From the NCBI GenBank assembly GCA_963676815.1, contig OY781365.1, positions 2,456,488-2,520,487 on the forward strand: DNA of 64,000 nucleotides, read 5' to 3'. The translations under genes were made by a program, and so were the position numbers. Source of the stretch: an uncultured Draconibacterium sp. Lineage in GTDB: Bacteria; Bacteroidota; Bacteroidia; Bacteroidales; Prolixibacteraceae. The notes under the pieces were generated by a model. The model was given only the letters and a program-made list of their open reading frames with translations. It had not been told where the DNA came from and ran no database searches. Numbering within the stretch: position 1 is the first letter of the stretch; every line of letters begins with the position of its first letter. This document shows positions 1-12,000 of the stretch, piece by piece.

Positions 1-3000
1 CCTGCTATAAGTAATTGTCCTGCTGATATCAATCAAACAATGAGTTCTGTTGTTTGTGGAGATACAGTAGTTTTTAGTGAGCCGGTATTTACAGATAATT
101 GCGATGGTATAATTACGGCGACACGAACCGATGGAACTGGCTTAAACAGCGGCGATGTATTTCCGGAAGGAATAACAACCCTAACCTGGCATGCAGTTGA
201 TGCTGCCGGAAATGATACCACTTGTAGTTTTGATGTAACAATATTATCCGATGGCAGCGGACCGGATATTACTTGCGTTGGAAATCAGGCAGAATGTGCA
301 CCGTATAATAGTACTTACCTGAAAACCGGAACCGATTGGGATGCAATCGCAACAGATAATTGTCCGGGAGTGATAAGTTTAAATTACAATTTGAGCGGGG
401 CGAGTAGCGGAACGGGGTCTTCATTAAACAATGTTCAGTTTAGTATAGGAACAACAACAGTTGAATGGACTGCCACCGATGCACAAGGGAATAGTTCAAA
501 TTGTTCTTTTGAGGTGATTATTTCAGAAGAGCCTGGTTTCGCCCAAAATCCTGTTGATGTTTCGGCATGCTTAAACGGTTCGGCAACATTTACAGCATCT
601 GCAGCGGGTGTTCCGGCGCCAACTTATCAATGGCGATTCGAAGGAACAGATATTCCGGGAGAAACAGGCGCTACTCTGATTGTGAATAATATTCAGGCAA
701 TTGATGCCGGAAATTACGATGTGGTTGCAAGCAGTAGTTGTGGAACCGCAATTTCTACAAATGCTGTTTTAAGTGTTTCATCTCCACCTGAAATTACTAC
801 TCAGCCTGCCAGCCAAACCGACTGTTTGGGTGAAAGTGTTGAATTTACCGTTGCTGCCATCGGTGGCGAAACACCATATTCGTATGCATGGCAAATGCGC
901 CCAACTTCGTCTGATGCATGGGGTGATGCTGCAATGGTCAGTAATATTGTAACCACCGACGATGTTATGGTTGTTACGAATATTGGTGATTCAAATAATC
1001 CCGATCATGCTGAATATCGTGTTATTGTTACCGATGTATGCGGAAACAGCGACACCTCTTCAGTGGCGGCAATAACTGTTAATACAATACTAAATGCATT
1101 AGTTGATACCACTACTGTATGTCAGGATGGTGCAGCAACATTTAGTGTTCTTACTTCGGGGAGTGTTCCTGTTTTGTACGAATGGTTCTTAAACAGTAGC
1201 CCTGTTTCAAACAATGCAGTTTTCTCCGGAACGACAACACAAACACTTACTATAACAAATGCTCAGGTAAGCGAAGGCGGTACTTATTCGGTACGCGTTA
1301 CCTTTAACATCACTCAGCCAAATAATAACGGGGCAGGTGCTACAACCTGTCAAAGTTTGCTTATTGATATTGGTGAGCTGATTGTTGACGAAGGACCTGA
1401 TATAGTTGCCGGAATTTCTTCGCAAACCATTTGCCCTGGTAATGCTATCGCTCAAATCGATCTTTCAAATGCAAATGGCACTCCCGGAACCACTTATTCG
1501 TGGACAAGAGATAACACCGGAGTTTTAACCGGTATGCCCGACAGTGGTTCAGGAAATACCATCAATGGTGTTTTGAATAGTTTAACACCGGGAACGATGG
1601 TTACAACAACCTTTGAGATTACTGCTCTCGCCAACGGATGTCCATCAGCAACAACTGTTACCGTTACGGTTGGAGACACAACAAGGCCAACACCTGCTAC
1701 CTGCCCAACCGATATTATTGTGAATACCGATGCAGGTTTATGCGATGCCACTGTTTCTTATACTGTGCCTGCTTTCGATGATGATTGTGATGGATTAGCT
1801 ATTCCGGGAACCCTGGTTGAAGGTTTTGCCTCAGGTGCGCAATTCCCAATCGGAACAACAACCGTAAAATATATTTATACCGATGCAGCTGGAAATGTTT
1901 CTGATACCTGTTCTTTTGACGTCACGGTGGCCGATAATGAACAACCAACAGCAATTTGTAAGGATGTTACCGTACAGTTGGATGCAACAGGAGTGGTTTC
2001 AATCACCCCTGCAGATATTGATAACGGATCATCAGACGGATGTGGATTGGACAGTCTTCGAATAGATGTTTCAAGTTTCGACTGTTCCGATATTGGCGAT
2101 AACACGGTAAGCTTAACAGCAGTTGATTTATATGGAAATGAAGCCACCTGTGCAGTAACTGTAACCGTTCAGGATACTGTAAAACCTGTTGTCGCCTGCC
2201 GGGATATTAATGCCTATCTTGATGTTAACGGGCAAGTGAGTATAACAGCCGCTGCAATTGATAATGGAAGCACTGATAATTGTGCAATAGCCTCGCTTAA
2301 TTTGTCGGCAACCGATTTTACTTGTACTGACTTAGGATCAAATTCAGTAACACTAACAGCAACGGATGATAATGGAAATTCAAGTACCTGTAATGCAGAA
2401 GTAAATGTGCTGGATACAATCTCTCCTAACGCCATTTGTCGGGATATTACTATTCAACTCAACGGATCAGGTTCAGCATCAATTACGGCAAATGATGTAA
2501 ATAATGGTAGTTCGGATAATTGTGGAATTGATACGATGTTTATTTCGCAATACACTTTCGATTGCAGTGAAACCGGCCTCAATCTGATAACATTAACTGT
2601 TGTAGATGACAATGGAAACAGCTCCGACTGTGTGGCCACAGTCACCGTTGAGGATATTGAAAAACCTGTAGCCAGATGCAGGGATATTACCATTCAGTTA
2701 GATGCAAACGGACTGGCCGCAATTGTTGCTGCCGATATCGACAATGGAAGTACCGACAACTGCGGTGTGCCTACTTTGAGTGTGTCGCCCAATAGTTTCA
2801 ACTGCACAAATCTCGGTGCCAATACGGTTACTTTAACAGCTACCGATGGTTACGGAAACGATTCAACCTGCCAGGCTGTTGTTACTGTTTCCGACGATGA
2901 TTACCCGGTTGAAATTACTGCAAATGTTTCGCAAACAACCATTTTGTGTAATGGCGAACCTGCCGATATAACCATTTCTGTTTCAGGAGGTGTAGGTGCG

Positions 3001-6000
3001 CTAACCTACACATTCAATGGTGTTTCGCAACCTATAAACACTTTTAGTGGAATTGGTGCCGGAACATACAATTGGAGTGTTACCGATCCGTTTGGATGCG
3101 GCGACACCACAGGAACTTTTGAGGTTGTAGAACCTGAACCACTGCAGGCATTGCTCACTTCGCTTGATGCCAGTTGTTCATCAGGTAACGATGGCGAGAT
3201 AAGAATCTCGGCTTCTGGAGGTTCAAATGTTTTTGAATTTAGTATCGACGGTGGTGCTTCCTGGGAGTCGGATACCATTTTTACGGGGCTTTCTCCCGGA
3301 TTTTACGATGTGCAAATGCGCGATGCAAATGTTCCTACCTGCTCTGTTGTTCTTGATGCCGCTCTCGAAATCATTATTCTTGATGCCGATATTACATTAA
3401 CGGATATTTCTTGTTATGGTGAGACTGATGGTGAAATTACCCTTTCTAATCCTGATGGTGGTTCGGGAGCCTATCAGTTTAGCATTAACGGAGGCACTAC
3501 GTGGGAAGATTTTGTTTCGGGTAGTTATACATATATAAACCTTATGGCCGATACATTTGATGTGTGGATAAGAGATGCTAACGATTTAACGTGTGTTATT
3601 CCGCTTGATACAATGTTGATACTAACCGAGCCCGACAGTTTGTATGCATTAGTCGATTCAGCAAATATTACTTGTTTTGGTGCTAATAACGGGACCATAA
3701 GTTTGCTTTCTTCTGCCGGCGGAACTGGCGGTTATGAATACAGTATCGACGGTGGTACAAACTGGTCATCAAATTCAAACTTTGCAGGCCTTATTCCTGC
3801 AACCTACGATGTCCGAATGCGAGATGCGAACGGTTGCGAAAAAATTCTGAATGCCGCATTAATATTAACTGAGCCTTCAATATTAACTGCCAACATCGAC
3901 TCGAGTAATATTTCATGCAATGGTGGCAACGATGGCGAGATTATTCTATCGAATCCAACCGGAGGATATGGAAGCTATGAGTTTTCTGTTGATGGAGGGA
4001 CAAATTGGCAAACCGATACCGCTTTTCTGAATTTATATGCCGGAACTTATGATGTTCGTATTCGCGATATTTCTGATCCTTCCTGTTTTATCATTCTAAA
4101 TCCGACTCTTGTTCTTACCGAACCTCCTGCAATGAACATTGCTGCTCAGCCTACAGATATAACGAATTGTTTTGCCTCAACAGTTCAGTTTGGGGTTAAT
4201 ATTAACGGAGGAGCCGGAACGATAACTTATGAATGGCAACGCATGCGGCCATCGGAAAGTGTATTTACAACTATATCTGCCGGACCTAACGTGTTGAATC
4301 AGGATACAGATTCGTTACAAGTGCTGAACATTGGAAATGCTGATTCTCCTAACGGTACTCAATATCGTGTTGTTATTTCCGATAATTGTACGGTACTTAC
4401 TTCTAACTTAGTAACATTGTTAGTGAACGAAATTACTGATGTAACTCCTGATATTGAGGATACTGAAATCTGTGAGGGACAGAATTATTCGCTTCAGGTA
4501 GCTACATCCGGTGGAATTCCTGTTTCTTATCAATGGCAAATTGATTCAGCGGGTACCTGGGAAAATCTTTCTAATACCACTGTTGTTTCAGGTGTTAATT
4601 CCGATCAACTGACTATTGCCGGAGCAACACCAAATCTAACCGGACAATACCGGGTTGTTGTAACTTTTCCATCAACATCAGGAGATTGTGATTTGAGCAG
4701 CGAAAGTTTTATACGAAACCTGACGGTTTATCCACTTCCGGTTGTCGATTCTACTACTGATATTGTTGTATGCAATGGCGACATTGTTTCTGCAATTAAT
4801 TTCACCGGAACCGGAACTTCGTATGACTGGACAAATACCGATGCAAGCATTGGACTTGCTGCAAGCGGAACCGGTGATATTACTTCATTTACAGCAGTGA
4901 ATTCAGATACTGTTCCGGTTAATGCCGAGATTGTTGTAACTCCGCGGGGATTGTATTGCGACGGAATAGCGGATACCTTTTTGATAACTGTAAATCCTAC
5001 GCCCGAGGCTATAGCGCCATCAGGTTTGGTTTTTTGCGAAGCCGGACCCACCGATCCTTATCCACTCTCCGGAATTCCATCGAATGTAGTTTTTGATATT
5101 TCGGGAGGTGCATCCATCGGATTGGCAGATGCGACTGATGTGAGTGAAATCTCATCGTTTACTCCTATAGTAGGTACGGCTACTATTACAATAACTCCTA
5201 AACTTAACGGATGCACAGGAACTGCAGTTTCTTTCGATATCCTTGTTGTCGAATCACCAACCGCAACTATCTCCGGTGGTGATACTGTTTGCCAGGGAGG
5301 ACTTGCTGCCAGCCTGATTTTTGAAAGTGCAACCGGTAGAATTGTTGAAGCAACATATACCATTAACGGAGCCGATACTAATACAGTGGTAATTCCGGCC
5401 TACACACCGGTACCTCTTCCGGTTCCTACAAACAATTCGGGAGTATTTGAATATGAATTAATACAGGTAGCCTACATTTCAGAGCCATATTGCAGTAACA
5501 CTGATGTGAAAGATACCGCACAAATTGTAGTCATCGAACCACCTGTGCCAACTATTTTGGGACCCGATGAGATTTGTGCAAATATTGAGGGCAATGTTTA
5601 TACCACCGAGCCAGGCATGACAGATTATGTGTGGAATGTTTCATCGGGAGCTACAATTACTGCCGGTGGCGATTTGCTAAGTAATACCATTACTATTACA
5701 TGGGACACACCCGGAAGTAAAAATGTGAGTGTTCGATACACCGATGGTAATTTATGTTCGGCTACAATATCTACCATATATCCGGTTACTGTAAATGCAG
5801 TTCCGGTTCCAACCATTACCGGTTCGGCAAATGTTTGCGAAGGAGAGGTCATTACCTATATTACTCAATCGGGAATGACCAATTATTTATGGGATATTTC
5901 GGCAGGTGGTACAATTTCGGCAGGCGGTGCTTTAACTGATAATTCGGTTACGGTAGAATGGAATGGTGCAGGAGACCAAACCGTTAGTGTAAATTACACC

Positions 6001-9000
6001 AATGGAAACGGGTGTACTGCAGATAGTACGACCTTGAGTATTACCGAACACGATGTTTATGTAAATCCTGAACCCGTACCTTCGTTGACCGGCGTTGATA
6101 CAGCTTGTACCGGAACCGAACATATTTACACTTCAGATGCCGGAATGACAAATTATATCTGGACTGTTTCCGCAGGCGGAACTATTGTTTCAGGAGGTAC
6201 ATTTAACGATAACACAGCTACTATACGTTGGAACGCAGATGGTGCGCAATCAATAAGTGTAAATTATACCGATACTTCAGGATGTATTGCAACTGCTGAT
6301 TCTACTCTGGATGTGTGGGTGCATTTGTCGCCGGTTCCTGTAATAAATGGTCCCGGATTAATTTGTGCAGGATCTGCCAATGCAACTTACAGAACAGATC
6401 CGGGAATGACAAACTACAACTGGACAGTTTCGGCAGGAGGAACAATAACCGGTGGAGCAAACGATAGTATTGTTTATGTAACCTGGAATTCAATTGGAAA
6501 TCACACCATTAGTGTAGATTATACAAATGCGAACAACTGTAATGCAATTACGCCATCGGTTTTGGCGGTAGAAGCAGTTAATGAGGTTATACCAACAATT
6601 ACCGGTGTTCAAACGGTTTGCGAAGGTACAACCGGAAACTACACAACAGAATCAGGAATGTCGGATTACAACTGGTCGGTTATTGGGGGAACAATAACTG
6701 CCGGTGGCGATCCGTTCAGTAATTCTGTTACCATTCTATGGGATTCGGCTGGTGTTCAAACTGTAAGCGTTGACTATTTAAGTATTAATGGTTGTAATTC
6801 TATTGTTACCAATCATAGTGTAACTGTTGATCCAATGCCACATCCTTCCATAACCGGAGCCACAAGTGCATGTCTTGATACCATTGTTTATACGTACACA
6901 ACCGAGCCTGGAATGACCGATTACCAGTGGATTTATTCGGCAGGAGCGATTGTTATTGGAGGTGGAAGTTCTACCGACGACTACATTGAAATTCAGTGGG
7001 ATGCACTTGGCCCGCAAAGTGTAAATGTTAATTATACTAACCTTAACGGCTGCCGCGCAATTACTGCAAGTACACAAAATGTTGTGGTAAACGAGTTAAC
7101 GCCAGTAACCTGCCCGGGCGACACCACTTTTTGTGTGAATGCCGGTATTGTTAATTTGGTTGAGGGAACACCGGGCGGAGGGGTTTTTTCCGGGCCCGGA
7201 GTAAGCGGGAATACGTTTGACCCAATGGTGGCTGATGTTGGCTTGCATACAATAACTTACTCTTATACAAACGATAGTTCATGTGTTAGTTCATGTACTT
7301 TTCAAATACGAGTCGATCCGCAGCCGATAGTATTAGATCAATACCTTACAATTTGTAGCGAAAGCTCAGTAGATATTAATTTAAATCAATTGGTGCCCGA
7401 TGCAACATTTAGCTGGGTAGCTTATGATAATTCTTCAGGAACATCCGTTTCGGGATTCACTGACTGTGCCTCAGGATGCGATACAATGATTACTGATATA
7501 TTGGTTAATTCGAGTATTACAGAGCCCAGTTATAACATCGGAACGGCCGGAACTGTTGTATACGAAGTTACGGCATTACACAATGGTTGTGGCGGCACTT
7601 TTAATATTGTGGTTACCGTTCAGCCTTCAATTATTGAATTGGAACATTCGTGGAACTCCAATTTTGTTGAGGATTTTATTGAAGTTTGTGCCGGGGCTCA
7701 GGCCTTAAGCAGTAACGACCTTGAAATACTACATCCAACCAGAACCTGGGGATTTTTTAACAGTTACGGATTGCTAACCGATGGCGACTATTTTGATGAT
7801 GATAATTGGGGAGTACGGATTCTGTATGGTCAATCGGAAGAAGGGCCATGGGTGCAAGCTCCGCACGGAGAAGGACCTTTTGGCGATGGATGGAATGATT
7901 CGGAAGGTCCCTATCAATGGATTGTTGATCTGGCCATTAACGACCGTTTAGGTTACCACTACTTTATTGTAGAATTAACCGATCCGTATACCGGATGTAT
8001 AAAATATAGTAATCCGGCCATCTTAAATATTGTTTCATCATTACGCATTGAAGCCGGAGGACCTGACTTTGTTTGTACTTCATCATCTCCTTCTCCAATA
8101 ACTTTGGACGGTGCTTATGTTGGTGGTATAGCGTCAACTTCAACCGGTGGAACCTGGACTGCAAATGTGGCTGGAGGCAGTTTTTCGCAAAACTTCTCAA
8201 ATCCGGGGCTGGCAACTTATACTCCACCAGCCGATTTTGTTGGCGAAATAACCTTAACACTTACATCAAACGATCCTGATGGAAGCGGTGAGTGTGTTCC
8301 TTTAACAGATGAACGGATAATGAATGTGTTACCTCCCGGCAGTTTTGAAAGTTGTTTGGAACCGGCTACCTGGATAGAATCCGGCTCGCCGGGAAATAAT
8401 GGTTACCTTGATGATAACCAATCGCCATGCGCGATTAACATTGTAGGTAGCGATAATTTATCAGGTAATCCCGGATCATTTGGTATATCACATTGTGCTG
8501 GTGCCGGAACATTATCTTTCGACTGGTATTTTAAAGCACCCGTCAATAAGATTGTCTGGCACCAGGAAGATCAGCAGGTGGGGAGTAATAATGGATCGAG
8601 TAGCCGAATGTACGTGGCTCCACCGACAAATATTGAAGTTGGCGACTTAATAATTGTTACCATTCATGTTAACGATAACACAGGAACGATTAGCGATAAC
8701 GATGGTGAGTTTATTGAAATTAGGAGAGACACTTATTCTGGTGCAGTAACCCTGGCTTCATTTTATAAAATTGCAACATCTGCCGACGTAAGCAGAACCA
8801 CCGATTACAGGTTTAATCTTTCGAATGTGAGTAGTAACGATCGCATCTATTCGGTTCGAATCTCGGGTGCCGATCAAAACCAGGCAACCGTAATTGGCGA
8901 TAATGACGGAATTGCACAGTACCTTACTTATCCTGCACGAGATTACATGAATGCAACAATACCGGCAGTTTCGGTTACAAATGCCAATTCGATGCTGGTT

Positions 9001-12000
9001 TCTGCTCTTGCCATTAATATTAGTGGTAGTTCAGGCGATGTGGAATATATCAATTCTCCGTTGGGGAGTACCACAATGTTTTACGAAGATTACGAAACTA
9101 CAGCACGGGTTGCGCAAGAACTAATTTCATCGACAGGATCGGCAGGAACGCAAACGTTCTCATGGCCAAGTTATAACTCCCGCAACAGGTATAATATGTA
9201 TGTGGCGGCCCACTCTTTCATAATAAATCCGGCCATTCCCGATGTTGATGCGGCTAATTATATTATCGGAACAACTCCGGTAATGTTAGGAAATGTGAAT
9301 GGTGCATCGGGTAGTGTTTCTGTTCCGGTTTCTGGTGGAGAAAATATATCATTTGCCGTTTCAACCGATTTAAACACAGGTGGCCCGGGAGAACTGATTA
9401 TTTACAATCTTGATGTACCAAATGATCCACCTGTAGTATCCGGCGATACGCTAATTGAGTATGCTGAATGCCAGCCGGTCGGCTTTGATCCGGACACGGC
9501 ATTTACCGGCCCGACAGTATTCGATGACTGCGATACATTTAGCATACAAACCGGATACCCTACAACCACCGCTATAATTAGCAATGGGTGCGAAAACTCG
9601 CAAACCCGTACCTGGGTATATGTCGATGATTGCGGTTTGGAGTCGGAAACATTTACGCAGCGAATTATTTGGACAGTGATTGACACCATAACTTTATCGT
9701 GCCCGCCAAGCGATACGCTGGCATCCTGTTCAGACGTTGCCGATATTCAGGTTGCTTATGATGCATGGAAGGCCGGATTTTCTTATATAGGTGGATGCGA
9801 AACGGTATTTGATAACTTAAATGAGTTTCCGGTATTAACCGATTTAAGCTGTGGCGGGCAGCTTGATTTTACACTAATTGTTTACGATGCTTGCGGACAA
9901 GTTGATTCATGTACCTCGCATTTGGTTATTCAGGCTGCCGAGGATTTAGCTTTAAGCTGTCCGAACGATACGTTGTTACCAGCCTGCACCGATACCGCTG
10001 AAATACGTGTAGCCTATGAAGCCTGGATTGCGGGATTTTCATACGTGGGTGGTTGTTCAACAGTTACAACCAATATTGATTCAGTTCCTGAATTAACTGA
10101 TTTAAGTTGTGGTGGAGAAATTGAATTCAGGTATGTTGTTAACCTTGGGTCGCCAAGCTGTCCAAACAGTATTGATTGTTACCGTACTTTTACAGTGGAA
10201 GCTCCTGTGGATTTACATGTTAATGTGCCGGGTGATGCAACTCTGCCATTGTGTTCCGATACTGCGTCGATAAGGGCAGCCTATGATATCTGGGTTGCCG
10301 GGTTTACCACTACCGGAGGTTGCGATGTACAATCCAATATCGACTCGATACCCGAATTGCCCGACCTGACTTGTGGAGGCTCTGTTTCATTTGTATTCAG
10401 GGCATGGAATGGCGAGGGGAAATGTGTCGATTCAGCTGTCGACTCTTCATCTTTCACAGTAATGGACCCACCGCCACTAAGCATAACCTGTCCTCCTGAC
10501 CCGAATTTACCGGGTTGTTCAGGAGCACTGGCAATTACTGCTGCCTATAACAATTGGGTTGATGGATTCACGGCAAGTGGTGGTTGTGATTTGGTTACAA
10601 ATATTGATTCAATACCTCCACTTGGAGATCTGCTATGTAACGGACAATTGGTTTTTGAATTCATTGCCCGAAGCGGGGAAAATGTTTGTTCGACCGTCGA
10701 TACCTGTGTTGCAACTTTTACCATTGGAAATGCCGATACTCTTGCAATTACGTGTCCTGGCGATACGATTGTGGAAGGTTGTTCGGCCGCCGAAGTTCAA
10801 ACTGTTTTCGATAACTGGATCGCACAATTTGCATATACAGGCGGTTGTAACGTAAACGAATCCGACCTATCGATTTATACACCGCCGATTACCTGTGGAG
10901 GTGTGGTTGTGGTGAATTATATTGTTTCCGACGAATGTGAGCAGACGGACAGCTGTACAGCAACTTTTCAGGTTAATGCCCCGGAGTTGGTGATTTCAGT
11001 TCCGGAAGATACTTTATTAGATGCCTGCTCCGATCAGTTGGATGTTGATGCTGCCTTTGCCAGCTGGATTAGTCAGTTTGGGTATAGCGGTGGTTGTAAT
11101 GTGGTTGCTACGGCGGTTGATTCATTTACTTCGCCAAATATTTGCGGTGGAGAAATTGTTATTAATTATTCGGCAGCCGATGTTTGCGGTCAGGTGAAAA
11201 CCGGCGCAGCTTTTTTTGCCATCGATTTCCCGTTACTTGTAGAACTTAACCCTTCGTTTACTGTACCTGTAAATACCAGCGTGTATAGCGATGCATTATG
11301 TAATTACGATGCTGATCCTACAATTACAGGTTATCCAACCGATTTATATGACAACTGCACAGAAGATAGTTTGCATATTTCGTATAATGACAATGTTGTT
11401 GATGGCTCATGCGCAGGAGAATACATTATTTATCGCGATTGGACAGTTGTTGATAATTGCGGTAACGACACAACGCAACAACAGATTATAAATGTTCTTG
11501 ATACCATTCCTCCGGTAATTGTTTGTCCAAATGATACTTCGGAGTTTACCGATCCGAGTCAGTGTACCAAAACGGGCATGGACATGGGAACTGCAGCGGC
11601 CACTGATAATTGTACTCCCGAGGCATCAATAATAATAACCAACGATGCTCCGGTGCAGCTACCTGTTGGAACAACTACAGTAACCTGGACAGCTACCGAC
11701 GATTGTGGTAACGTTTCGTTCTGCACACAATTGGTAACTATTGTTGATACCATTCCACCAAATATCGATATAAACGGTTGTCAGGATGTGACGGAAACAG
11801 CTGCTCCTAATAACTGCTCGAAGGTTCCGGATACGATGCTCGATCCTGTTTATTCTGATGATTGCTGGCCAGTTGATTCGCTGGTGTTGACTTATTCAGT
11901 AAACGGAGCAACAACAGCAAGCGGAACAGGCTCTGCAGCAGTGGTCGAATACAATGTTGGCGTTTCATATGTTACTTATGTTGTCACCGATCCAGATGGT

